Both the position numbers and the translations under genes were made by a program. DNA of 64,000 nt from the NCBI GenBank assembly GCA_964016885.1, contig OZ024742.1:18600001-18664000 (forward strand), given 5' to 3'. The notes beneath the pieces are model-generated. The model saw only the letters and a list, made by a program, of their open reading frames with translations. It was not told the DNA's origin and searched no databases. This stretch comes from Eledone cirrhosa. Lineage: Eukaryota. Of this stretch, positions 26,701 through 38,599 are shown in pieces; position 1 is the first letter of the stretch; every line of letters begins with the position of its first letter.

Positions 26701-28948
26701 CGCTAGAGCATGTATCTCGGTGATCAGAGAGTCACTCCAGTTAGAGCCGCTGAGCATGTAGCACGGGGATCAGAGAGTCACTCCAGTTAGAGCCGCTAGA
26801 GCATATAGCTCGGGGATAAGGGAGTCACTCCAGTTAGAGCCTCTAGAGCATGTAGCTCGGGGATCGGAGAGCCACTCCAGTTAGATCGACTAGAGCATGT
26901 AGCTCGGGGATCAGAGTGTCACTCCAGTTAGAGCCGCTAGAATATATAGCTCGGGGATCAGAGAGTCACTCAAGTTTGAGCCGCTAGAGCATGTAACTCG
27001 GGAATCAGAGAACCATTCCATTTAGTGCCGCTAAAGCATGTAGCTGGGGGATCAAAGAATCACTTCAGTATGAACTGCTAGAGCATGTAGGTTGGTGATC
27101 AGAGAGTCACTGCAGTTAGAGCCGCTGAGCATGTAGCACGGGGATCAGAGAGTCACTCCAGTTAGAGCCGCTAGAGCATATAGCTCGGAGATCAGGGAGT
27201 CACTCCAGTTAGATCCGCTAGAGCATGTAGCTCGGGGATCAGAGAATCACTCCAATTACAGCCGCTAGAACATGTAGCTCGGGGATCAGAGAGTCACTCA
27301 ATTTTGAGCCGCTAGAGCATGTACCTCGGGGATCAGATAATCACTCCAGTTCGTGCCGCTAGCGCATGTATCTCGGGGATGAGGGAGTCACTCCAGTTAG
27401 TGCCGCTGAGCATGTAACTCGGGGATCAGAGAGTTACTCCAGTTAGAGCCGCTAGAGCTCATAGCTCGGGGATCAGAGAGTTACTCCAGTTAGTGCCGCT
27501 GAGCATGTAGCTCGGGGATCAGAGAGTCACTTCAGTTTGATCCGCTAGAGCATGTAGCTCGGGAATCAGACATTCACTCCAGTTAGATGCGCTAGGGCAT
27601 CTAGCTCGGGGATCAGGGAGTCACTCCAGTTAGAACCGCTAGAGCATGTAGCTCGGGGATTAGAGAGTCACTCCAGTTAGAGCCGCTAGAGCACGTATCT
27701 CGTGAATCAGAGAGTCACACCAGTTAGAGCCGCTGAGCATCTAGTTCTGGAATCAGAGAGTCCCTCTAGTTAGAGCCGCTAGAGCATGTAGTTCGGGGAT
27801 AAGGGAGTCACTGCAGTTTAAGCCGCTACAGCTTGTAACTCGGGGATCAAAGAGTCACTCCAGTTAGTGCCGCTTGAGTATGTAGATCGGGGATCAGAGA
27901 GTCACTCCAGTTAGAGCCGCTAGAACATGTAGCCCGGGGATCAGAGAGTCACTCAAGTTTGATCCGCTAGAGAATGTAGCTCGGGGATCAGAGAATCACT
28001 CCAGATAGTGCCGATAGAGCATGTATCTCGGGGATCAGAGAGTCACTCTAGTTAGATCCACTAGAGCATCTACCTCGGGGATTAGAGAGTCACTCCAGTG
28101 AGATCCGCTAGAGCATGTAGCTCGGGGATCAGAATGTCTCTCCAGTTAGATCCGCTAGATCATCTAGCTCGGGGATCAGAGAGGCTCTCCAGATATATTC
28201 GCTAGACCAGGTAGCTCGGGGATCAGAGAGTCATTCTAGTTAGAGCCGCTAGAGCATGTAGCTCGGGGATCAGAGAGACACTCCAGTTAGATCCGCTAGA
28301 TCATCTATCTCGGGGATCAGAGAGTCACTCCAGTTAGAGCCGCTAGGACATGTAACTCGGGGATCAGAGAGTCACTCCAGTTAGGGCCGCTAGAGCATGT
28401 AGCGGGGGGATCAGAGAGTCACTTCAGTTTGAGCCGCTAGATCATGTAGCTCGGGGATCAGAGAGTCACTCCAGTTAGAGACCCTAGAGCATGTATCTCG
28501 GGGATCAGAGAGTCACTTCAGTTTGAGCCTCTAGAGCATGTAGCTCGGGGATCGGAGAGTGACTCCAGTTTGAGCAGCTAGAGCGTGTAGCTTGGGTATC
28601 AGAGAGTCACTCCAGTTAAAGCCGCTAGAGCATGTATCACGGGGATCAGAGAGTCAATGCAGTTGGAGCCGCTGAGCATGTAGCTCGGGGATCAGAGTGT
28701 CACTCTAGTTAGAGCCGCTATTTCTCCGAATTGAGAGGTCACAGCTCCGATACTACTGATATGTCTTCAGAATGTCTTTGGAAAGAATCATTGGACAGAT
28801 TTTGCGGACAAAACCAATAGGCGGTAGACCCAGGGTTAGACCCTGATCAAAATGGTTGTATAATATCCTTGAATTCAGTTGGTCTCGCTTGGGGATCCAG
28901 CCGGATCAATTAGAAACGGTTGCTTCTAACACAACCCACTGGAAGGAG
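14739..28948 (+). mobile_element. RTE (Rex3/Expander-like) 3' fragment split by its own amplified internal segment
   Basis: The left flank encodes IQAADIWFLRSVFGVTLLDRVCSSEIRESLQLEP. The right flank resumes at 28721 with FLRIERSQLR...GQILRTKPIGGRPRVRP...LGIQPDQLETVASNTTHWKE. Both flanks are colinear with the unsplit copy at 590-920. Confidence 0.92.
14797..28720 (+). repeat. 47-bp satellite array, about 13.9 kb and about 296 units, derived from a LINE
   Basis: Consensus GAGCATGTAGCTCGGGGATCAGAGAGTCACTCCAGTTAGAGCCGCTA. Period checked at 15124/15171. Units are diverged and block duplications are present. Confidence 0.98.
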
Positions 28949-28954
28949 AGAAAT

Positions 28955-29045
28955 TCTATTTTATCGATTGATACTTTTTTTCGACCCTTGAAGTCCGAAA
29001 GGTAAAGTTGATCTCTCTCGGCTGGATTTAATCTCAGAATGTAAG
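28955..29045 (-). mobile_element. SINE family A fragment
   Basis: tattttatcga...tcgacccttgaagtccgaaaggtaaagttga...ggatttaatctcagaatgtaa. Confidence 0.5.
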
Positions 29046-29409
29046 CAACTGGAACAAAAATATCGAATCGTTTCTTCTGGTAATAAAAAGAACACATTCG
29101 ATAATGTAGTCCTAGATACACGATTCCTAAAAATAAATGGTTATAGCAGCAAACGTATTACACTATAAACCACGTAGTTAATGTATCAAATTTCTTAACC
29201 ATGGTGGTTCCTAACATAACATTAGGTCTGTGAATATCAGAATGGTTATATCACAACTGCTTAAGATTAGTTGCGGGACGTGAAGTGTTTATTGTAACCA
29301 AACACCAGACATGTTTATCTGAGAAACGTCGCCAGATACTATATTGTTGGTATATTTAATGATAAATAATATCCCTCTTTCTTAATGTTTTCTTTTTTTG
29401 TTTGTTTGT

Positions 29410-29540
29410 TGGGTTCCGGTCGGTTTCGACGATGAGTGTTCCAGTTGTTCGATTAATGGAACGGTCTGCTCGTGAAATTAACGTGCGAGTGGCTGAAGAT
29501 TCCACAGACCCGTGTACCCATGACGTAATTCTGAGAGAGA

Positions 29541-29544
<4 letters not shown>
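29410..29544. mobile_element. SINE family B fragment (second copy at about 50789-50942)
   Basis: tcggtttcgacgat.agt.ttc.ag...tgaaattaacgtg..agtg.ctgaa.attc...acgtaattct....gagattca is shared by both copies and resembles cephalopod SINE bodies. Confidence 0.6.
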
Positions 29545-29612
<68 letters not shown>

Positions 29613-29615
<3 letters not shown>

Positions 29616-30188
29616 GGACTAATTTTATAATATGTAACCCATGTGCAACCACGCAGTATTCCTCTTTCTTCCCATGTTTTTTATACATATTTACCTCGAC
29701 TGCGATTATCTGTTTCTCTCTTTCTCTCTTACTGCTCCCCCGTTCTCTCTGTTTCTCTCACCTTCTTTCGCCCCCTCTGTCAGTTACAATTTCTCTCGAC
29801 TGACCTCTTCCTCGCACTTCCACTCACTCATTCTCTGTTTCTCCCCTTCTCACTTCCTCCCGTTCGTTAGTAGTGGGGTTCTTTCTTTCTCACATCTCAT
29901 TCACGTCGGATGGTCTGTTTTCTGACCGCTCATGAAATTCACCCAGCTTATGCTTGCTTTTTTCCTACCTTCGGTTTGCTTTTCCTTCTATGTTGTTTAC
30001 TTGTCTCACTCGCTTTACGCGATTCACTTGTCCCAATAGCTTATTTTAGTTATTGCTCGCACCAACCTGAGGTATATGATTTTTAATGCGAGGAAATACC
30101 AATGATGGTTGGCAAATCACTGATGAGGGACTAATTTGATAATATGTAACCCATGTGTAACCACGCAGCATTCCTCTTTCTTCCCATG

Positions 30189-30193
<5 letters not shown>
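29613..30193. mobile_element. Terminally redundant repeat (pseudo-LTR-like, family C) between (TA)n tracts
   Basis: A direct repeat of about 70 bp (gagggactaattt.ataatatgtaacccatgtg.aaccacgcag.attcctctttcttcccatgttttt) at 29613 and 30125. Homologous to 52576-53363 and 57990-58520. Confidence 0.65.
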
Positions 30194-30246
<53 letters not shown>

Positions 30247-30249
30247 AAT

Positions 30250-30354
30250 AATTGTTTCTACGTTTGGCACAAGGCCAGCAATTACCCAGTACATTAATGG
30301 TACTTTATTTTATCGACCCCGTAAGGATGAAAGGCAAAGTTAACCTCGGCGGGA
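30250..30354 (-). mobile_element. SINE family A, 5'-truncated
   Basis: attgtttctacgtttggcacaaggccagcaattacccagt...aaggcaaagttaacctcggcggga, next to a (TAA)n tract. Confidence 0.75.
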
Positions 30355-30461
30355 TAAATAATACAAGGACGATTTGTTAAGCCTTCATTGTAACTTCATA
30401 TTACGCTCTCTGGATATATATATACACACATATACGAGAATACCTCTGATCATGGTAGTAC

Positions 30462-30520
<59 letters not shown>

Positions 30521-30617
30521 ATATGTATATATCCAAAATTAAATTAAAGGTGTCATGTCTGAGAGACATGCGCCATATCCACTTTACAAATTATTCCCTT
30601 TGATTGTTTCATATGTT

Positions 30618-30692
<75 letters not shown>

Positions 30693-30706
30693 AATCAATT
30701 TCTAGT

Positions 30707-30756
<50 letters not shown>

Positions 30757-30758
<2 letters not shown>

Positions 30759-32097
30759 ACCAGCAGTCCAATACTGGCTTAACACACACCCATCAGAAAT
30801 ACCGACACGCATCAACACAGATTTTATCACTGACGGACTCCGCTTTATCCTACAAAATAACTACTTCACATTCAATGGTTCAACATACAGACAAGTATCA
30901 GGTACGGCAATGGGCACGAAAGTAGCACCCACATATGCCAACCTAGTCATGGGATTCCATGAACAACAAATATACAGTCAGTCCCTTCTCTTATTTGGAG
31001 ACTCTTTCCACACACACCTCAAAGCCAATTGGAAAAGATATCTAGACGACTGCTTTATCCTATGGCAAGAAGACATGAACTCACTTACTATGTTTAAAAA
31101 CATGATAAACAACATAGATAATAACATACAATTCACAATGGAATCCAATCCCAAGGAATTAGCCTTCTTGGATATTCTCATCTCTGTAATAGACGGGAAA
31201 TTAGATACAGATATATTCTATAAACCCACAGATTCCAAGCAATACCTCTTTTTCACATCAAGTCACCCAAAACATACAAAACTTAACATTCCTTACAATT
31301 TGGCCAAACGTATATGTACCATAGTATCAGATCCACCTAAACGGGAGCAAAGACTAAAGGAACTAAAAGACACCCTTATCTTAAGAGCCTTTCCACTTGA
31401 AATAATCAACAATGGAATAGACAGGGCAAAACACCTAAATCCCCATCAACTTAACAATCCAAAACAGAAAACCACACTCAACACCCTGCCATATGTATCC
31501 ACTTTCAACCCCAGAAATACCGAAATGTTTGATCACCTACACAAAAACCTCCCCATCCTACTTAAAGATGTAAAAATGAAGTCTATTCTTGAAACACAAG
31601 ATCCTTAAAAGTAAAAGACAACCCAAATCACTAAAACGCATTCTCACTGGACCAAATATACCCAAACCAATCCTCAACCCTACAGTTACCAAATGTGGTA
31701 GAACAAACTGTGGAACGTGCCTCTACCTCACTGAAGGACAAAATTTACATTTAAAGATGGCCAAACATTTACAGTAAAAAACAATTTCACCTGCAACTCG
31801 GAGAACTTGATTTATGCAATAACTTGCGGTGGGTGCAAACACAACTACATAGGACAGACGGGCTCCACATTACGCAAAAGAATGACCATCCACCGCCAAC
31901 AAATCCGGGACGCTAGCATAAGAAAAATCCCCTTGAGCAGCCATATTGCGAACTGCGCAGGAATGACACTACCCAACTTTAAAATCTTCCCCTTCTACAA
32001 GTGCTCAGATTCGTTCACACAGCAATAAAGAATAAACAAAGAAAATCTATTCCTTAACAAATTTAAACCAAAACTAAACGGGTTATCACCCCAATAG
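30757..32097 (+). pseudogene. PLE reverse transcriptase / GIY-YIG endonuclease, frameshifted
   Basis: NNYFTFNGSTYRQVSGTAMGTKVAPTYANLVMG, WKRYLDDCF, FLDI, IFYKPTDSKQYLFFTSSHP, Cys linker KCGRTNCGTC and LIYAITCGGCKHNYIGQTG...RMTIH. Split over three frames, with a stop at 32026. Confidence 0.93.
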
Positions 32098-32494
32098 AAT
32101 TGTCATAAAATATAAACACACATACGCACGGAATCACTACTATTAAAGACCAGAGACCAATTCTGTAGAATCAGGTTTATTCGTTGACAGACCATGCCTT
32201 TGTGTGACCAGCACATCCATGTTAAACCATGCACGTGCACACACATATATCTATATATATATGCGCACACAGAATTCACCACTGTCGGTTGCGGGGCCCA
32301 ATCTACATGAAGAACTCAATGTGATCAGAATGACTTGTATTTTAATTTCACTGCCCTAACTTCTTATATTATGGAAACAATATATGTGTATGTATGTATA
32401 TATATATATTTGGAGGCCATTTCTCTGTGTGTGGGTGTATGTATGTGTATATGTGTGTGTGTGTGTATGTGTGTGCATGTGGATGTATGTATTG

Positions 32495-32533
<39 letters not shown>

Positions 32534-32688
32534 GTATATCTGGATGTATGCGTATGTGTATATATATATATGTGTGTGTGTGTGTATATATATATGTGTG
32601 TGTATGTGTATATATGTGTGTGTATGTGTGTGTGCGTGTGTGTTTGTATGTGTGTATGTATATATATGTGTGTGTGTATGTATATATA

Positions 32689-32721
<33 letters not shown>

Positions 32722-32782
32722 GTGTGTGTGTATGTGCATATATGTGTGTGTGTATGTGTGTATGTATATGTATGTATGTGTG

Positions 32783-32869
<87 letters not shown>

Positions 32870-33222
32870 ATGTATATGTATATGTATGTATGTGTGGATG
32901 AAGGTATGTGTGTATATATAGGTGTAAGTGCACTAAATCCCTTTCTATCAATCTCCCCTCTCCTACCGAGCACAGGAAGATATATGTATGTATATTGCTT
33001 CCACCCCCTCACTGACCAGCAGCTGGCCATCTGGCCATTGCTAAATTTGACCTTTATAAAATAACCCACACCCCCAAATAACTTCTCATTCACTACCAGA
33101 AGCAGTCAACGAGCTGCTACCAAGATGAAAACTACTATGAAATCCCACAATGAATTTTATACTTGAATTTTCAAATCTCAAATTTTAACTCTTCTTATTA
33201 TTAATTTTTCTTAATATTAATC

Positions 33223-33270
33223 AACATTTGAAAAGATGGCTTTTGCAGACCCATCGAAACCGGTCATTTT
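33223..33270 (+). ncRNA. Minimal type I hammerhead motif with U3:A8 core
   Basis: AAcAT-TTGAAAA-GATGG-(11 nt)-CCATC-GAAA-CCGG-TC-ATtTT. Stem III is palindromic (ACCGGT) and the triplet is GUC. Confidence 0.7.
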
Positions 33271-34938
33271 TTATACCCTTTATTATTTCCTTACCTTATA
33301 AAATTATATGTTTTTTCACAAAAAAGTATTCTGTCTCTTATATATTCCATGTGCCATTACCAACCTCAATTTTCTTTCTCTCTCTCTATATATATATAAG
33401 TTATAATAATCAAAGTTTTGTTCAAATCATTTATATGCTTACAATTGTTTCCTCCAAACCGAGGTTTGGATACTTCGGAGCAATTTATTAATGAATGATC
33501 ACATATATGACCTCCTTTTCAACCCAAGAGACATACAGATACATATGCATATATTGTTGCTTGGTGGGTCGACATCCATTATAACATTTAGCGTGGCAGT
33601 ATACATTTAAAGATTACATTCATATCAAAAGAGGATAAAATTAAAATTAATGTTAAAATACAACATGAAATTAATGCGATAGGATAGTCAGAAGCAGTAA
33701 GTGTGTGCAGTAATTATACGTGTGGCAAGCACGTGTGTCTTATTTATAAATATTATAGTGCGGCAGGGTGTTACAAGTAAAACAAGCACTATAAGCGGGT
33801 AGATAAGATTATTAAGGGGGTTGTCCTGGTAATGTATCTTTTACATGAATGTTATAGAAGCTTGTGCGTAGAGAAATGTTATAAATATTAAAAATATTAG
33901 AAATGTGTAGCAAAGCGATGTTATGGTTTTCGTGTACAACACCATTTTCACAGTCCGGAGATCGTAATATCTAGATTATATGCCCCTCACATAATCCACG
34001 ACGATTCAATATTGGACGTTTGATGAATCTGTTAGAGTATCCTAGTTTGTCCAATATAGCAGGTTGTTTAGTTGCGAGAATCAACATCGTATTATTTTCC
34101 GGAAGTGTGTGTGTGACTAAGGGGAGTTAATGCGTGAGGGGAGGTAAGTCACTGATTTCTGTAACTAAATATTATCCTAATGTACATTAAATGGTGTCTC
34201 AAAAGAGTCCCTATCTTATATGGTTATAAACAGTTTCTAAAAATTTAAAGTGTCCTATCTATAATTACAGTGTATTCTATCAAGAAGTATTAATGGTGTT
34301 CATATTAGGGTGAATATCCTCCATTATAGAGTGCCACAATTGATTATTTCACACGAAGAGCCAAATCTTCAAATCAATGATCATTGTAATTGTAGTCTAC
34401 TCATAGAACCTGGCAGGGTTATTATAGAATCACTTCTATATATAATAATTCCTAGTAAGCTCTGGGTCAGTGTATGTCAGATTGGATGTCAAAGTTAACT
34501 ATCACTAGGGTACACCAGAGGTCAATCCTCACTCACCATGTCACTAATCCGACCATCAATTCATACATATATGTACAACTCATACGCCACTTGCATTTCA
34601 TTCACTGCACTCAACATATAAGTTATATAGCTCATCAATGTTACTAAATTAATTAGTCTTCCACTTATCCAACGATGGCACTCCATCCACAGAACACCAA
34701 CAGTACAATCAATTCAATGTTTAAATTTTACATTAATTATATAGTGGTGTAATGTAGTTCAAGCAATTGAAGGCAGTCACACCGAAAGTAAATGTACAAA
34801 GGGGTATTTCTACTGTAAAGGGTTCTAGAGGGATGCCACTATTTGTGTTATATTGGATCAATGAGTGTGGGGATGTGGTATAAGGTGTGCCCTTGGTGTT
34901 TGATGCTAGAGGTGGTGCCTGGTTCAAGTCTGACATTG

Positions 34939-35990
34939 CTATATATTGGGTTTAAAGTTTTGGAAGGAATGTCGGAAGCGATGCTGGCAAGACGCGAACA
35001 CTTCAGATTTTTTGTTAAGTAGGTTATGGTTTGAGAAGATAATAGTATGGGTCTCTAGTAGACAGAGGTTACAAAATTTATTAGGTGGTTTGTACGAAGC
35101 CGCGCTACCTATCACTTCCCATTTAAGTGTGTAAGATTTATTTTTAGTTTTTAGATAGTGTATGTAGCTAGATAGTGTGGTGGAGTTGGCTAGACTGTGT
35201 TTTTTGAACGAGTGGATGTGCGAATTATATCTGGTTTTGAAGCAGTTAGAAGTGGAGCCTACATAGGTTTCTGAAGAGTTGCTAGTTGTGATGGTGCATG
35301 AGTATATGATATCCTTGATTAAGCATTTTTTTTATCTAAAGGGCAGGTTCTATTTGCTCTACAGTTACAATTATTCTGGGTGTTAGTCTGCTGGTTAAAA
35401 TGTTGTGTAGAAGTCCGGGTGGTAGCTATAGGATTTTGGATATGGGGGTTGTCGTCCCCGGTATTATTGCTTATACTAGTGCTATTACTACTATTACTAC
35501 CGTTATTAGGGTTACTTTTTATAAAGTTATTTTGAAGGTTTACCCCTGTTGTGATTTAGTTTGTTGGAAGTAAGAATTAATTTTTCTTTTATTGCTACTA
35601 GGTATGTGGTATGCTATGTTAGGCGTCGTAGAGTAGGAGATTTTAATAGTGTTTTTGTTTAAAAGGTTATGGTACTTGTGTCCTGGAGGGAAGTTTTTAT
35701 CTAGTAGTGAGAAGAAAGCCCTAGGTATGTTGGTAGAGACGTTTAGGTTGAAAGGAGGGTTGAAAAATGTATTATTTCTTCTTCTATTTTTGTTTTTTAT
35801 GTCTGGTGTGTTGTTTCCTCTTAAGGTACTATGGTAGTTTCTGTGGTGTGGGTTACTTTTGATGGCATCCTCCGTTTTAGTGTGTGTGTGGTTTCTATTC
35901 TTATTACTAAGTTTCCTCATGGACATATTGTGCGAGATAATGTTGTAGCTATGTGTTTTCGTAGGTAGGAACTCAATCTCTATATTATGG
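34939..35990 (-). pseudogene. Naiad-type linker and GIY-YIG endonuclease remnant
   Basis: FFNPPFNLNVSTNIPRAFFSLLDKNFPPGHKYHNLLNKNTIKISYS, then CNCRANRTCPL..KC...IIY...YVGST..FKTRYNSH..SF...TLSSYI..LK...W...Y....FCNLCLLE...LLNKKSE...CQH, ending in a stop at 34939-34941. Confidence 0.88.
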
Positions 35991-36034
35991 CCAGATCTAG
36001 CTAATGCTATATATGTGATCATTCATTAATAAAT

Positions 36035-36081
36035 TGCTCCGAAGAATCCAAACCTCGGTTTGGAGGAAACAATTGTAAGCA
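36035..36081 (+). ncRNA. Minimal type I hammerhead motif with C4 core (mirror copy at about 33435-33482, minus strand)
   Basis: TGCT-CCGAAGA-aTCCAAACC-tc-GGTTTGGAg-GAAA-CAATTG-TA-AGCA. Stem III is palindromic and the triplet is GUA. Confidence 0.65.
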
Positions 36082-36286
36082 TATAAATGATTTGAACAAA
36101 ACTTTGATTATTAAAACTTATATATAACTGCTCTGTAAAACAACTGATGTTATTACATTGAGCTATTTATCTTACTGGTAATAAGGTAGTAATATATTAC
36201 TGCCTATCACTATTTAGGGTTTGAAAAATATATATAACTACAAAAGGTTTTTGTATATGCATAACCATAAATAGTATCCTTAATAC

Positions 36287-36814
<528 letters not shown>

Positions 36815-36889
36815 GATATATATACTCATATTCCAGCCGACTGATATCACGTGATATCACCGGCTGCGCAAGTCAATCAGGTTCATGGA

Positions 36890-37139
36890 GATATGAACAG
36901 ATCACAGTCCCGATACTACAATTATATGGTTAGAATGTCCCAGGAAAGAATCATTTCACTGATTTTAGGGTCAAAATCAAGAGCAGGAGAGATGGTTGGA
37001 TAACATTCATGAACTTGGCTGGTCTCGCTTGGGGATTCAGCCGGATCAATTACACACGGTTGTTTCTGACAGGACCCACTGGAAGGAGTGTTTGAGGACT
37101 CTGCCCCCACGACGCTCTTAGGAATAAGTGGGCGAAGAA

Positions 37140-37141
<2 letters not shown>
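36890..37141 (+). mobile_element. RTE (Rex3/Expander-like) 3' fragment
   Basis: Homologous to 705-960, with an internal deletion. Ends in gaagaaga. Confidence 0.85.
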
Positions 37142-37190
<49 letters not shown>

Positions 37191-37936
37191 CTCTCTCTCT
37201 TTCTCTCTAAATATATATATACATACCCCCCCCTCTCTCTCTCTATATATATATATATGCATACACAACCGTAAATGTCCTTGGTGATGTACAGAATGAT
37301 ATATTAATAAAGTACTTCTCCGTCCGTCCGTCCATCCATACATCCATACATCCATACATCCATACATTCGTCCATCCATACATCCATACATCCATACACA
37401 TGAAAGCAGTGAAGGGATGTTAGTATTTGGTGATTAGTTTGGGTATACTACTATGTTTATGGTTGAAGTTATCTGTGGTAAATGTAAAAGAAATTGTAGC
37501 TGTTGATTGTGATGGAGTAGTGGGAAGTTAATATGGTTTTGTGGAACTGGTTGTATTGATGTTAAGTATCAGCCAGCAGCATACATGCATAACCTATTCC
37601 CTGTATCCATAAAGCAATTTGTAGATACGAAATATTCACATTTAATTTCAATTTCTAGAGAGAAATGATCATACAATTATTAATGGGAACACGCGATATT
37701 TACACACACATACACACGTACACACAGACAGATACACATACACACACACAGACAGACATACAGACATACATACATACAGACAGACAGATACACACACACA
37801 CACACATTCACGTACACACAGACACATACACACATACAGTCAGACATACAGGCAGGCAGACAGACACACACACACATACCCACAGACAGACAGACAGACA
37901 GACGCACACACATACACAGTGAGCAAAAGGAGGACG

Positions 37937-37971
<35 letters not shown>

Positions 37972-38599
37972 TGTATGTATGTATGTATGTATGTATGTAT
38001 GTATATATATGTACACATATGTATATATGTGTATATATATATATGTACATATACCTATATATATGTATATATATATATATATGTATGTACATGTATGTAT
38101 ATATGTATATATATGTATATATATATATGTGTGTGTGTGTATATATATGTGTAACGGAATATTATGTGTGGTTGTAACGATAAGTGGATGGATAGATGTA
38201 ACTGTTGGTATGGTGGTTTCGATGTAAAGAAAAATACCAGGATTGTGTTGTTACAAAGTTTATTTTATTATAACAATATTCAATTTGAATATTGAATGAT
38301 AAAATCAATGACACAAAATATTCATACAATAATTTGGTGGCTCCTCGAGCCACGTAAATTCAAGTATCACAGAATACGATTATAATATGTGTAAACAGAA
38401 ATGAATGGTGCGTGTACAGATGCTGGACTCACTATGAATGCGTGTGTTCGGCGTATTAGTATATTTACTTATTTGTATTGCAGGAGTCAGCGATCAGCCA
38501 GGACTGGTTTTTCGTGACGAGGGCTTGTAAATGCGACTTGTCTTGTCTGTATATCACTTCTTTTCTATTCGAGGCGTAAACAATCCCTGTATTTATAAG

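Larger units (their letters stand above)
30756..33390 (+). mobile_element. Penelope-like element, Neptune type, 5'-truncated, in (TA)n
   Basis: RT plus GIY-YIG remnant, a microsatellite-rich 3' region, a terminal hammerhead at 33223-33270, and (TA)n at both ends. Confidence 0.9.
33391..36127 (-). mobile_element. Penelope-like element, Naiad type, 5'-truncated, with inverted pseudo-LTR
   Basis: Coding remnant at 34939-35990 and a 3' region of about 1.5 kb. An inverted repeat of about 118 bp (33391-33508 and 36010-36127) carries a hammerhead motif. Confidence 0.88.

Noticed and set aside
14797-28720. CRISPR-like array or repetitive protein gene
   Set aside because: Units are contiguous with no unique spacers and no cas genes are present. 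The 47-bp period shifts frame and contains TAG stops, and the unit is LINE-derived.
34939-35380. Selenoprotein-type Naiad (UGA at conserved Cys positions)
   Set aside because: The conserved Cys positions read here (CNCR, CP, CNLC, CQH) are TGT or TGC, not TGA.
36833-36868. Short palindrome TGATATCACGTGATATCA (and the hairpin at 62969-62992)
   Set aside because: Too short to assign. They may be tiny fold-back scars next to (TA)n, but no family evidence is visible.
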